A DNA stretch of 64,000 bases from NCBI GenBank assembly GCA_963735595.1, contig CAVTLK010000005.1:160001-224000 (forward strand). Direction: 5' to 3'. A program made the position numbers and the translations under genes. Positions 31,031 through 42,923 of the stretch are shown here, in pieces (the first letter of the stretch is position 1; the number at the start of each line of letters is the position of its first letter). The notes under the pieces are model-generated. The model ran no database searches. It was not told where the DNA came from and saw nothing but the letters and a program-made list of their open reading frames with translations. This DNA is from an uncultured delta proteobacterium (GTDB taxonomy: Bacteria; Desulfobacterota; Zymogenia; Zymogenales; Zymogenaceae).

Positions 31031-32377
31031 ATGGGCGAGCGGAAATACTGGAACGAGGAAATGGAGACAATGCAGCCCGGGAAGCTCACGCGCCTGGAGG
31101 AAGGGCTGCTGAGGGACGAGCTAAGCTACATTTACGACCGGTCGCCCTTCTATCGTGAAAAATGGGATGATGCCGGCGTCTCGCCAAAGGACTTCCGGTC
31201 GATAAAGGACCTGGGGAAGTTCCCCTTCACGACCAAGGATGACCTCAGGAAGACGCAGGAGAAGCTGGGCGGCCTGGGGGGGCACCAGTGCTGTGCGCGG
31301 GAGGACCTCGTCAGGATCCAGGGGACAAGCGGCACGACGGGACGTCCCCTTTACGTCGGCCTGACGGCGGCCGATGCGGACCTCTGGAAGGAGCTCTTTG
31401 CCCGCCACGCGTGGACCGGGGGGATCCGGCCCGGGGACTCCTATATAAATCCGGCCAACTTCACGCTGTTCGTAGGGGGGCTTTCGGAAGCGGTCTCGTC
31501 GGAGGCGATGGGGTTCTGCGTTATCCCGGCCCCCTTCGGCACCACGGGTATCGAAAAACTCATCGACCTGATCCTTGAATTAAGGCCCACGGTGCTCTTT
31601 GCTACGCCGTCGTCGACGGTCTTCCTGGCCGAATACGTTAAAAGTACGCTCAAGAAATCGCCCCGGGACCTCGGTTTTAAAAAAGGCTTCATGGCAGGGG
31701 AGGCGCTGAGCGAGGAAGACCGGGCCGCCATGGAAGAGACCTGGGGGATCGTCGCGCGGAATTTCTACGGGCTTGCCGACGTGGCGGCCGACCTTGCCAG
31801 CGAGTGCGACTGCACCTGCGGACTGCATTTCTGCGGAGCGGGCGCGGTGACGGCAGAGATCATCGATCCGATCACGCTCGCGCCCAAGAAGATTGAGGAG
31901 GGGGTCGAGGGAGAGATCGTCTATACAACCGTCAGGCGGCAGGCGACCCCGGTCGTCCGCTATCGCTGCCGCGACATGGTGCGCGCCCATATTGGGCAAT
32001 GCCGCTGCGGGCGGACTTCGATGCGCTTTTTCGTCATCGGCAGATCGGACGATATGCTCAAGGTGAAGGGGGTCAACGTCTTCCCATCGGCCGTCAAGGA
32101 CGTGATCTCGTCCTTCGTCCCCCGCGTAACCGGCGAGATCCGTATTGTCCTCACCGAACCGGGGCCGGCCATCGGCACGAACCTCGAGATCAAGGTTGAG
32201 TACGCCGCGGACGTGAAGGGAGCCGAGATTGAAACGCTGGCCGGCGAGATACGGGAGACGATCAAGAAGAAGCTCGTATTCACTCCGGTCATCCGGATGA
32301 TCGGGCCGGAAACGCTGCCCCGCTCCCAGTATAAGATCGAGTACTTCGAGCGGGCCTATGAAGAGAAGGAGAAATAG
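31031..32377 (+). CDS. Phenylacetate-CoA ligase family (PaaK-like)
   Basis: 'FPFTTKDDLR', 'TSGTTGRP', 'YGLAD', 'RYRCRD', 'GRSDDMLKVKGVNVFPS'. Confidence 0.9.
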   Translation: MGERKYWNEEMETMQPGKLTRLEEGLLRDELSYIYDRSPFYREKWDDAGVSPKDFRSIKDLGKFPFTTKDDLRKTQEKLGGLGGHQCCAREDLVRIQGTSGTTGRPLYVGLTAADADLWKELFARHAWTGGIRPGDSYINPANFTLFVGGLSEAVSSEAMGFCVIPAPFGTTGIEKLIDLILELRPTVLFATPSSTVFLAEYVKSTLKKSPRDLGFKKGFMAGEALSEEDRAAMEETWGIVARNFYGLADVAADLASECDCTCGLHFCGAGAVTAEIIDPITLAPKKIEEGVEGEIVYTTVRRQATPVVRYRCRDMVRAHIGQCRCGRTSMRFFVIGRSDDMLKVKGVNVFPSAVKDVISSFVPRVTGEIRIVLTEPGPAIGTNLEIKVEYAADVKGAEIETLAGEIRETIKKKLVFTPVIRMIGPETLPRSQYKIEYFERAYEEKEK

Positions 32378-32440
32378 GCGGCACGCCGGGGAACGTATAC
32401 GCCGTGTTTCGATCCATCGCCCCGGCGACGGCACGGCCGC

Positions 32441-32662
32441 TTAGGGCCTGTAGTAGCCTCTGAGATTCCATGTGTCGTGGCGCCGGTCATGCCCGAGGAG
32501 GTACGTGCCGCCGTCATCGGCGGTTACCTTGAAGATGTCCTCATCCGGGTCGTAGTACCGATCCACCACCTCGATAACCGTCAGCTCGTTTTTACCCAGG
32601 AAGAAGCTCGTGGGCCGCTCATCGGCCTTATGCCCGCTATAGGTTTTCACGGTGATCTTCAC
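32441..32662 (-). CDS. Small conserved hypothetical protein
   Basis: 'YSGHKADERPTSF..VVDRYYDP..FKV..Y.L.HD..W' compact beta-type sequence. Confidence 0.65.
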   Translation of the reverse strand: MKITVKTYSGHKADERPTSFFLGKNELTVIEVVDRYYDPDEDIFKVTADDGGTYLLGHDRRHDTWNLRGYYRP

Positions 32663-32819
32663 GGCGATCCGCCCGAACCATACCCGTCGACAAAATACTT
32701 GATTTTGGCATCAGTATACTATACCCTGTTGAAAAAGGGAAGGAACACACGAGAGACAGCCGCCCGGCCGGAGCCGGCACGAGGGCGGCGATAAACCCCG
32801 TCCGCTATGGGAGCAGCCT

Positions 32820-33437
32820 ATGATCCTCGCGTTCGAGATCATCACGTTTGTTCTTGCCGGGGTCCTGGTCGTTCACAGCGTTATGGTCCGGGGGTGGGCT
32901 TTTACGCTGTTGTTTTTCCTCACGGGTGCGGTTCTGGGGGTCCTACGCGAGAACGTCGTGGCCGAGCTTACCGACCTCTACGCCTACAACCCCGAGGTCT
33001 TTACCCTCTGGATCGGGGCGGCGCCTGCCATACTAACGGTCTTCTGGTCTTTTTCGACCTATATTTCCATGACCCTTTCGGAGCGCCTTGTCCACGGGGA
33101 TTTTATCAAGGGGCAGCGCCTTGCTCTCATTGTCCTCCTTTCCATGCTTTTCATGGGGGCGTATGCGGCAGCCAACGAGGCCATGGCGTCCGTCTACCCG
33201 ATGGTGCTCTGGAAGTTCACGCCGGATGCCGCCGTCTGGGGGGGTGCGCCGCTCATGGTCGTGTTCGGTTACGCGGGGCTGGGGGCTATCATGCTCATCG
33301 GCGTCTATACCGTCAGCAGCAGGCGGTGGAAGGGGTGGGTGAAGGTCGTGGCGGGCGTACTGAGCACGCCCATTATGATCGGCCTGCACATTGCCTGGAT
33401 CGCGCTTGTCCGGGCGGGCATCGGGCTTTTTGTCTGA
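32820..33437 (+). CDS. Integral membrane protein, CruF/carotenoid-synthesis-like family
   Basis: About 6 TMs with 'REN..Y.Y..W...P...W' and 'NE....W.F......GAP' patterns. Confidence 0.55.
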   Translation: MILAFEIITFVLAGVLVVHSVMVRGWAFTLLFFLTGAVLGVLRENVVAELTDLYAYNPEVFTLWIGAAPAILTVFWSFSTYISMTLSERLVHGDFIKGQRLALIVLLSMLFMGAYAAANEAMASVYPMVLWKFTPDAAVWGGAPLMVVFGYAGLGAIMLIGVYTVSSRRWKGWVKVVAGVLSTPIMIGLHIAWIALVRAGIGLFV

Positions 33438-33528
33438 CAGGCCCTTCAGCGGGCCGGGATGATCGGCCGGGAAGCTCTCGCTTGTTAACGGCTGGCCGCG
33501 GCATCTCCTGATTCAATACGGAAAGACA

Positions 33529-34563
33529 ATGCCCAGATTCGTGACAATGGGGGAACTCCTGGTCGATTTTATCTCGTCGGCGCGGGGGGAGGCAGGCTGG
33601 CTTGCCCCTGTCGGCGGGCCGAACCGGTCACCTGATCACAGCGGCCCCTCCTTCATCCCGTCTGCGGGCGGGGCGCCGGCCAACGTTGCGGCGGGGCTCA
33701 CGCGGCTCGGTAAGGAGGCCGGTTTTATCGGCAAGGTCGGGGACGACCCCTTCGGGCGCGGGCTTGCCGCCGCGCTGTCGGGATTGGGCGTCGATACGCG
33801 CGCCGTCTCGTTTTCCAAACACGCGCGCACGATGCTTGCCTTTGTGACCCGTTCCCAGTCCGGCGAGCGGGATTTCGTCTTCTTCCGTCACCCCTCGGCC
33901 GATATGCTGATCACGCCCGGCGACATCCCCGCAGATTATCTTTCCGGGGCATCGTACTTCCACTTCGGCTCGGTCAGCCTTATCGCCGAACCCGCTCGCT
34001 CCACGACGCTCGGGCTGGTCGATGCAGCCAGGCAGGCGGGGGCGCTTGTTTCTTTCGATCCGAATATCCGGATGCCGCTCTTCGATGATGCGGCGACAGC
34101 CAGGAGGACGATCCTCGCGGCTATCCCGCTGGCCGATATCCTGAAGCTTTCCGAAGAGGAGGCCGAGTTTCTAACCGCCCGGAAGATCCCCAAGGAGGCG
34201 GCCCTCGAGCTCCTCTCGATGGGCCCGGGGCTCGTGGCCGTGACCCTCGGGAGCAAGGGTTCTGTCGCCGTTACCGCCCGCTACGCGGTGGAGGTGGACG
34301 GCTATGAGGTCGATGCCGTGGATACCACGGGCGCGGGGGACGCTTTTTGCGCGGCGATGCTGGCCGCTTACTCGGAGACGGACGCGACAGAGCCCGCGGC
34401 CCTGACCGATCTTGATCTTATCGGGATATTCCGGCGGGCCAACGCCGCCGGGGCAATCGCCGTTACGAGGCCCGGCGCCATCGCGGCGCTGCCGACTGCC
34501 GATGAGATCGACCTCTTCATCCGGTCACGAAAGGAACTCCGGTCCTCCGGCATGCTCCAGTGA
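33529..34563 (+). CDS. PfkB-family fructokinase-like kinase
   Basis: 'GGAPANVA', 'GKVGDDPFG', 'FDPNIR', 'DTTGAGDAF'. Confidence 0.9.
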   Translation: MPRFVTMGELLVDFISSARGEAGWLAPVGGPNRSPDHSGPSFIPSAGGAPANVAAGLTRLGKEAGFIGKVGDDPFGRGLAAALSGLGVDTRAVSFSKHARTMLAFVTRSQSGERDFVFFRHPSADMLITPGDIPADYLSGASYFHFGSVSLIAEPARSTTLGLVDAARQAGALVSFDPNIRMPLFDDAATARRTILAAIPLADILKLSEEEAEFLTARKIPKEAALELLSMGPGLVAVTLGSKGSVAVTARYAVEVDGYEVDAVDTTGAGDAFCAAMLAAYSETDATEPAALTDLDLIGIFRRANAAGAIAVTRPGAIAALPTADEIDLFIRSRKELRSSGMLQ

Positions 34564-34662
34564 CCGACAGCAACGAGATGATCTCGTGGGGGTGTCCGGC
34601 CGGGTCGATCGGGGCTATGTGGGCTATCGGGGGGCTATTGGGGTCTTCGGGTTCTTCCCGCC

Positions 34663-35668
34663 TTATTGGGGGGAGAGCAGCCGATCGAGGAGCTGGGCAG
34701 GAAGCCCGGTCTCGATAACGGCCAGTTCGTTGAGGATAAACAGGACGATAAGAACCAACAGGGCCGAGAGCGCCAGCACGCCGATGAGGGCGACGGACCG
34801 GGCGAGTATCCGTCCGATCCGGCCGGACCTGCGGCCGCCGGCCGCGTCGTAGGTCTCGGGCGGCGCGAGGTGTACCTTCCTGAACCGCCCGAACCGGGCA
34901 GCCACCACCGTGATATTATCATGACCGCCCCTGGCATTGGCCAGGTCGATAAGCCGGGAGCAGGCCCTGGCAAGGTCCCTATGCCCCTGGACGATCCAGA
35001 CGATCTCCTTCTTCGATACGAGGTCCCAGAGGCCGTCGGTGCAGAGAAGCAGCACGTCCCCGTCCATGAGGTGGGCGCCCACCGGTTCATCGACCGTTAC
35101 CCCGCCCTCGGTCCCGAGCGATCTCATCAGCACGTTCTTCTGCGGGAAGTCGTGCGCTTCCTCGGGGGAGAGCTTTCCCTGCCGGACGAGATGGGCCACG
35201 TAGGAGTGGTCGTCGGTCAGCGCGATGATCTCGTCGTTTCGTATCTGGTAGGCCCGGCTGTCCCCGACGTGCCCGATGTGGGCCCGGTCATCGACGATAA
35301 ACGCCCCGGTGAACGTGGTGCCGGGCGCCTTGGAATCCCCGCCTACCCAGCTCAAACACGCGGCCGTCGGCCTCGCGGATGACCCCCTCGATGAAGGAGT
35401 CGACATCGTCGCCAAAATGGGCCTGGGCGGCCGAGTGCCGCGGTGAAAAGAGGTCGGACAGAAGGGAGACCGCCGCCGCGCTGGCCTGCCGACCACCGAC
35501 GTGCCCGCCGACGCCGTCGGCCACCGCCAAAACGGCCCGGATCGCAAAAGGGCCGCGATGCCGCGGCTCGATGAGCCGGACAAAAAAGGAGTCCTCGTTT
35601 TCTTCCCTGACGCTGCCCACGTTGCTCTGTCCCGCGGCGGCAATCGCTAACTCTTTCGGCGTTGACAT
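34663..35668 (-). CDS. PP2C/Stp1 Ser/Thr phosphatase with C-terminal TM (frameshifted)
   Basis: 'REENED', 'VADGVGG', 'HVGDSRAY', 'LLCTDGL', 'GGHDNIT'. Confidence 0.9.
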
Positions 35669-35747
35669 AGTTTTAGTTTATCCATATCCCGGGGCGCCCC
35701 GGCGCGGCCCGCATATCGGGCGGGCCGACGCCCGAAGGGGCGCGTGC

Positions 35748-37797
35748 TTACTTCACGGCATAGAGGTATCCGTCCCGGCTTCCAAAGTAGGCGACCCCCC
35801 CCGTAGCGACGGGGCCCGACCTGACCTTGCCCTCGGTGGAAAACCGCCACCGCTCGACCCCGTCGGCGAGGTTTACGGCATAGGCGTTGGCGTCATCACT
35901 GCCGATGAGGGCAGACCGTTCCGTGAGAGACGGGGACGAGTTAATGTCGCCGGTCGTCTCAAACCGCCACACGAGCGTACCCTGTTCGATGTCGACCGCA
36001 TACAGGCCGTTATCCCGGCTGCCGAAATAGACGGCGTTCCGGCCGACGGCAGGACACGAGACGACGTCTCCCCCCGTTTCGAACCGCCAGAGCTCTTCAC
36101 CCGTTTCCCTGTTGAGGGCATACAGGTTGTCGTCGTCGCACCCGAAGAGCACCGCGTTCCTCGTGACGGCGGGCGTTGACCGGATGTCGCCGCCGGCCTT
36201 GTGACGCCACAGCTCTGTTCCGTCGGCAACGGAAACCGCGTACAGGGTATTGTCGCAGCTCCCGAAATAGACGACCTTGCCGGAAACGGCCGGAGACCCG
36301 ATCACGTCTCCCCGCGGTCAGGAATCGCCAGAACTTCCTCGCCCGTTGCCTTGTCCACGGCATAGACGGTATTGTCGTTGCTGCCGAAGACGACCAGTTT
36401 ATCGGCGACCACGGGCGACGATCGTAGCGCGCCTCCCGAGGCGAATTCCCAGAGGAGGTCACCGTTCTTCGTCGAGAGGGCGTACAGCGAATGGTCGTCG
36501 CAGCCGAAATAGAGGGTCTTGCCCGAGACGGCCGGAGTCGTGCGGATATCGTCCTCGGCTTTAAAGATCCAGACCTGCTCCCCGGTATCGGTTCATCCAC
36601 GGCGTACAGGGCATCGTCGTTGCTGCCGACGTAGGCGACGCCGCCCGTGACCAGCGGGGACGCGGTGATGGGGCCGAAGGTTTCGAAGGCCCACACCCGC
36701 TCGGCCAGACGGGTTGTGCCGAGGGGTGGGGGCTCGGACGGGCCGTGCGATCGGAAGGAAAAGGAAACGGATTTGACCAGGAGCACCACCGTAACGATCA
36801 GCCCGATGACGATGAGGGAGGAGATGATGCCGGTCAACAGCCTCTTCTCCCGGGGTATCTGCTGTATGATGGATGTTACCGGTGTTTACCGCACGTGCCG
36901 CCCTTCCCGGCGCCCCTCCGCCGCGCCGAGACGACGTGGGGCATGGCGAAATCCGCGTCTTTCATATGCTCCTTGACGGCGCCAAGAAATTCGCGGGCCG
37001 AGGAGAACCGGTCGTCCCGATCTTTCGCGATGGCCCTGCTGACGATCTCGCGCTACCCAGGGCGGCAGGCCCGGCACAAGCGTCTCGATGGGAGAGGCCT
37101 CTTCGCTGAGCACCCTGGCAATCGCCTGTACGCTCTCGTCGGCGCGAAACGGCGAAACGCCGGTTAGCATCTCGTAGAGCACCACCCCGAGCGAATAGAT
37201 ATCCGACCGCTCGTCGATCTCCGTTCCCTTGAGCTGTTCGAGGCTCATATATTCCGGGGTTCCCACGATCGAACCGAGGGTGGTGTCTCCCCTGGTTTTG
37301 GCGGTCCTTGATATCCCGAAGTCGGTGATGACGGCCCTTCCCTGCGGATCAATGATGATGTTGGCAGGCTTGATGTCCCGGTGAAGAATCCCCCGGTCGT
37401 GCGCATAGGCCAGCCCCTGGGCCATCTGAATGGCGATGGGCATGGCCTCCTCGACGGTAAGCCGGCCGGCGCGCTCGATGACGCCGACAAGGTCCTCGCC
37501 CTCGATAAACTCCATCGCGATGTAGTAGGTGTCCTGTATCGGGCCGATATCGAAGACCTGCACGATGTTGGTGTGCCTGAGGCGCACCACCGTCTTGGCC
37601 TCGTTTTCGAAACGGACAAGGAATTTCTTGTTTCGGGCGAGATTTGCGTGGAGGATCTTGATGGCGGCGTCTACGTCAAGACGGTTGTTTTTGGCAAAGT
37701 AAACCGCGCCCATGCCGCCCTCGGCGATCTTGCTAATCACCTCATAGCGATCGTCAATTATCGTACCGACGAAGGGGTCACCCGTCGGGTCAGTCAT
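35748..37797 (-). CDS. Hanks-type Ser/Thr kinase-TM-PQQ-like beta-propeller (frameshifted)
   Basis: 'EGGMGAVY', 'HRDIKPAN', 'DFG', 'SDIYSLG'; TM; repeated 'SPxVxxxxVYFGSxDxxLYA...G...WRF'. Confidence 0.88.
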
Positions 37798-37975
37798 CTC
37801 TTAGTACTCCTTACTGCAGGGGATAAACCCGTACAGTATCGGACCGGGCGGTACGCGCCCCGGCCCGTTACAGAAGGCAACATAGCCCGGTGACCGGGTG
37901 AAACTAAATAAAAGGGGGAAAATCGATCCGATACTATCTCCTTTCCCCCTTTCCTGGGCTCGAGGGCGATGCGCC

Positions 37976-38827
37976 CTATTTCATGAGGGCAAACTTGACC
38001 TTGACCGTTCCCATAAGGATCTCGTCCTTATCTTTGAGCTCATGGTCTGTATCAATGGCCTTGCCATTGACCATGGTGGGATTGGTCAGGCTTACGTTGG
38101 TCAGGACATACTTGTTGCCGACGAAGTTGATGCGGGCATGCTCCCCGGATACTCCGCGGTCCTTCAACCTGATGTTGCCTTTGTCGCTGCCGATGACATT
38201 CTCGGCCACCAGGAAGATATCCTCTCCCTTCTTATCGCCCGTGAGTATGGACAGCTGCGCCGGTTTGCCGGGGATCTTTTCGGTCTTCGGGCGACCGGCC
38301 AGGGCACGCGCCTCGGTCTCACTCAGCTTTTCGGTGCGGGGCGGGGCCGCTTTTGTTCCGGGGGCCGTCGCAAGTGCGGGCTTCGGGGCAGCAGTCGGGC
38401 GCCTGAGGATCATCACCAGGACAATAATGAGAATAAGCACCACTATGCCGGCGATGATCGCGTAGATAAGCAGGGGAGACCCCGAGACGATCTTCTTTTC
38501 CTGGAGATAGGGTTGTCCGGTACCCTCTTCGATCATGACGACTCCCTCGACCGTGATTTCGGAGCCGGGGCCGGGCGGGGTAAAGGTCGAAACCGGTATG
38601 CTCTCGAGGCTGTCGTCGACCAGCATGTAATAGCCGGGCATTGTGCCCTGCGGCGGATAGGACGTATCCACCCTGCCGGTTATCGTGACGGTCTTGTTGA
38701 GGAACCGGGCCGGGTTCTGGAGGATGTCGCTGATCAGGATATCTTCCTGGGCAAACAGCGCCGCCGGCACGATGAGGAGAACCAAAGAGAAAACGACGAG
38801 CATTTTCCTTGTCGTAACGCGTATCAT
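37976..38827 (-). CDS. Membrane-anchored FHA-domain protein with extracytoplasmic OB-fold-like domain
   Basis: Signal peptide; 'ISDILQNP.RF.NKTVTITGRV'; TM; FHA 'VSGEHA..TNPTMVNG..LKDKDEILMG'. Confidence 0.8.
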   Translation of the reverse strand: MIRVTTRKMLVVFSLVLLIVPAALFAQEDILISDILQNPARFLNKTVTITGRVDTSYPPQGTMPGYYMLVDDSLESIPVSTFTPPGPGSEITVEGVVMIEEGTGQPYLQEKKIVSGSPLLIYAIIAGIVVLILIIVLVMILRRPTAAPKPALATAPGTKAAPPRTEKLSETEARALAGRPKTEKIPGKPAQLSILTGDKKGEDIFLVAENVIGSDKGNIRLKDRGVSGEHARINFVGNKYVLTNVSLTNPTMVNGKAIDTDHELKDKDEILMGTVKVKFALMK

Positions 38828-39179
38828 GAGAGCCTCCTTTGCGTCTTTTTCTGTAATGCAAAGATTCAATCCTCACAATATTAACAAGGAAATGATAGTA
38901 AAATCAAGATTTAAATTATCCCCGCGCTCAAAAGGACCCCATTTCAGGCAAAAAACGATCTAAAGACGCACACAATCCCGATGCCGGCGAAGGTTTGAAG
39001 GGCAAACGGCCTGCGCAGGGGATTGTGATTGCCAAGCCGGGTCCTTTCCAGTATGATTACCGGTAGTTTCTTACCTATTAAAAGAGGAGATTGTATGAGA
39101 CGCCGTTTGGAGCTTGTTGGATCCTTAAAGGGACAAGAAGACAGGAATTATCTTAGGATCAGAACAAGGAAGAAAAGCA

Positions 39180-39930
39180 ATGGAATTAGACTCATATTTT
39201 TATGAGCTGTTTGAAGGTCTCCCGCGGCAGGGCCCGGGGGACAACGAGTCGACAAGAAATGCGCTGGCCATGATACAGCCGCTCCCGAATGACGTTCGCA
39301 TCCTTGACATCGGATGCGGATCGGGGACGCAGACGATCGAGCTTGCCGGGAACACCTCCGGCACGATAACCGCGCTGGACAACCACCAGCCGTTCCTGGA
39401 CGAGCTGGACCGCAGGGTATCCCGCGAGGGCCTTACCGAAAGGATCAAGGTAGTCAACGGCTCGATGTTCTCGCTTGATTTTGCGAGGGAAAGCTTTGAC
39501 ATCATCTGGTCGGAAGGGGCTATCTTCATCATCGGGTTTGAACAGGGTTTGGAAGCAATTCAAGCCGTTGTTGAAACCGGGCGGATACATGGCCGTATCG
39601 GATCTCTGCTGGTTGAGGGACGATCCGCCCCGGGAGATTGCGGATTTCTTCGGGATCGAGTACCCGCCGATTCCGAGCGTGGCCGAGGTCCTCGAAATCG
39701 CCAAAAAGACGGGATATGAGCCTGTCGGGAGCTTCACGCTGCCCGAATCGACCTGGTGGGACAGCTACTACCGACCGACGGAGACGGGGATTGAGGGGAT
39801 GCGGAAGAAATATCCGGGAAACGAACGGGTCGAGGAGCTGTGCAGGAGGATGGAGCGGGAGATTGACATGTACCGGAAGTATGCGAAATACTATGGGTAC
39901 GTCTTTTTCGTCATGAGAAAAGCCGGTTAA
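39180..39930 (+). CDS. Class I SAM-dependent methyltransferase (one frameshift)
   Basis: 'LPRQGPG', 'ILDIGCGSG', 'FDIIWSEGAI', 'LKPGG'. Confidence 0.9.
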
Positions 39931-40082
39931 TCGGCACGTGAGAGTGAAAGGATCAGGGCGTCCGCACTGTGCGGACGCCCTGATTTCTTTAAAGATTCTC
40001 TTGATCGACGGAGGTAATCGGCCGTCCCGACATCGGTCTGGTGTATCTATCCGTGTACCGCGCCGGTACCCTGTCTTTATGC

Positions 40083-41241
40083 TCAGAGGAGTATCTCGAT
40101 ATCCTCGATCGGATACGACACGCACGAGTGGACATAACCGAATTGGGAGTCGGACTTACGCACCGGGGTGCCGGGGGGCTGGTAGACAACCCCGCTCAAG
40201 AGCTTCACGCGGCACATACTGCACTCGCCGGAGCGGCAGAGAAACGGTACGGTGATCCCGTTTTTTTCGAGCGTCGTCAACAGCGGGGTGGTCGCCGGAG
40301 CCGTAACGGTCTTTTTACCGTGAACTTTCACCGAAACGGTGTGCCCCTCTTTTACGGCCGAGGGCCAGCCCGGATATCCGGTGATGACCGTCGGCGCCCC
40401 GTACATCTCGCGCCTGGTTTTTCGGCCCGGCGACTTTGAGCTTTTCGAGTTCGGGCAGGCAGAAGTCGTACATCGCCTGTGGCCCGCAGAGAAAGAACGT
40501 CTTCCCGGAAACGTCGCCGATTTCGGCATTGATCACGTCGGCGCTGATGTAGCCGCGGCGGCCGGTATAATCCTTCGGCGGAGATTCGATCACCGGGATG
40601 TAGCGGATGTTCTTATTGGCCTGCGTTATTCTGGTCAGCTCTTCGTGGAAGATCACATCGTCCAGGCCCCGGTTGCCGTAGAAAAGGAAGATCGTTTCGT
40701 TACTCCCGTAATCGACGGCCCGGCGGATCATGCTCATGAACGGCGTGACGCCGCTGCCGCCGGCGATGGCGACGATCGTGGCGTCGTGGACGAGCGGGTT
40801 GACGTAGAAGTTGCCGGCCGGCCCGGAGCAGGTCAGCGTGTCCCCCTCGGCTACCCGGTCCAGGAGGTAGTTCGAAACGAGGCCCCCCTGGACGCGGCGG
40901 ACAGTCAGGTCCCAGTAGGCGATCTGGTTGGGCGCCGACGAGATGGACAGCGGCCTGCCCGTCCTGATCCCGTCGACCGTGACGGTGACGGTGGTGTACT
41001 GGCCGGGAAGGAACGGCGGCAGCACGAGGTCGGTCGGGACCAGCCGCAGCGTCTTGGTGGTCGGCGTTTCCTGTATGATCCGGGAGACGGCAAGGGTAAG
41101 CTCCTGCGGGTGGAGCCGGTTGATGAGGGCTTCGGTCGCTCCCCGCTCGTAACTGAGCCCTGGGCCGAGTTTCCTGGCCACCTCTTTTTCCGCCGCGATC
41201 GCGGCGTACCCGTCAAATTGGCTCATGAAAGAATCCTTCAT
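40083..41241 (-). CDS. FNR-type flavoprotein reductase with C-terminal 2Fe-2S ferredoxin (frameshifted)
   Basis: 'RPLSISS', 'AGGSGVTP', 'LCGP', 'CRSGECSMC...SC'. Confidence 0.88.
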
Positions 41242-41254
41242 TATTTCCTCCCGT

Positions 41255-42755
41255 TCAGGCCCCCATCTCGCGCAGGATGACCCGGGCGACCTTCGCCCCG
41301 TTTTCAAGGGTTGGCTGGAACCCGCCGCCGGCTACTGACGCCCCGGTCTCGAAGAGGCCCGGCGATCGGGGACTTCGGCGTGACGAACGGCGGCTGGTCC
41401 TTCATATACTGGTCGAAGCCGTAGATGGACCCGTTGATATGGCCGAGATACCGTACGTGGGTCAGCGGCGTGGAGATATCGATCTCCTCGATGTGGCCCC
41501 GGAGTGTTCGGGAAGACCTTTTCGGCGTCCTTCAGCATGATTTCGGCCCACTTGAATTTTTCCTCGAAATAGCGGTGCGGCTCGACCCGCAGCCAGGGGT
41601 CGGTATATTTGAGATTGACGAGGGCCGCCTGGCAGCTCCCCTTTGGGGAAAAATCGGGGTGCATCTTGTCGTAGCAGGACAACATCATTGCACTATTTAC
41701 GGTCGAGATCGACCGCATCTGGTCATAGGCGGTGTCCATATCGGCATCGGGATAGATGAAGTTGGACGACTCGGTGATGCCCATCTCTTCGGGTTCGCAG
41801 TCAAAGCCCATGTAGAGGCAGACAGCCGAGGGGCCGACCGACTTTCCCCTGAGCCCGTCGACAACCGACGGGTCGATCTCGGCGGGGTCAAACAGGTCGA
41901 GGTAGGTGTTGGCCCGAAACGCGTTGGAGACGACGTAGCGGGCGGAAATGGTCTCGCCCGTCCTCGGTGACGACCCCCGCGGCCCTGCCGTCTTTCATGA
42001 CGATTCTCTTGACGGGGCAATTGAAGCGGATCTCTCCCCCGTTTCGGATAATGACGTCGGCCAGGGCGTTCGACATCGCCTGGGAGCCGCCCAGGACATG
42101 GTACGGCTTGAATTCTATATAGCCGAACAGCATCCCGGCCAGGTAGGAGAAGGAAAGCAGGCGGGGCGGCAGACCTGCGTAGGGCCAGTAGGCCGCGACG
42201 ACGAGCTTGAGGTAGGGGTCCGTGAAGTACTCGTCGAGGACCTCCTGGGCGTTCCTGAAGAGATGGCTGAAGTAGAGGGGAAACTCGTCGCGCGTCGGGG
42301 GGTTGTCGCCCTTTCGGCCCGCCGCGGTGAGCAGCTCCATAAAGAAGCGGTAGATGAGGTCGAAGAAGCGCTCGATGCCGTCCTTCTCTTTCGGGAAGCG
42401 CTCCGAGAGCTCCCGGACGATCTGCTTCCCGGTTGGGCTTGAGGGTGACGTCGATGACGCCGGGCACCACCACCCGGTAGAGGTCGGTCATCTCGATGAA
42501 TTCGAGCTTATCCGTCACTCCGAGTGAATCGAAGAGGCTTCTCACCGGCCCCGGGAATTCGGGGGTTCCCAGACCGGAGAGCTGGTGGAGGGCGATCTCG
42601 AACTCGAACCGGCCCCGGACAAAGCTTGTGGCGCATCCGCCGGGGATATTGTGCCGCTCCAATACCAGGACGCCTGCCCCCTTTTGCGCCAGGGACGCGG
42701 CGGCGGTAAGGCCGGCGTTGCCCGCCCCGATGACGACGACATCATACTGTTTCAT
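41255..42755 (-). CDS. Phytoene dehydrogenase-like FAD oxidoreductase (frameshifted)
   Basis: 'GAGNAGL..ERHNIPGGCATSFVRGRFEFE'; 'GGSQAMSNAL'; C-terminal TPLT/GSIYG motifs in a shifted frame. Confidence 0.85.
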
Positions 42756-42923
42756 GCCTTCCTCTCAATGGAATTGCATAAATCGTCTCGATGACTTTTC
42801 GGAAACGAGATATTTTTATACTAAATGATGGCGGGGAGTCAAGAGATATAGGTACTATAAGGAGAATATAACGAAATCACCGTACATTGAAAAGGGATCG
42901 GGGCGGCGGCTTTCTCCGGCATA

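Noticed and set aside
32820..33437. Carotenoid biosynthesis cluster
   Set aside because: CrtI-like and CruF-like genes are scattered and no crtB/crtE is present in the window
39096..39206. Short ORF behind a GAGGAG RBS upstream of the methyltransferase
   Set aside because: No recognisable features and it overlaps the next gene; cannot be supported from sequence alone
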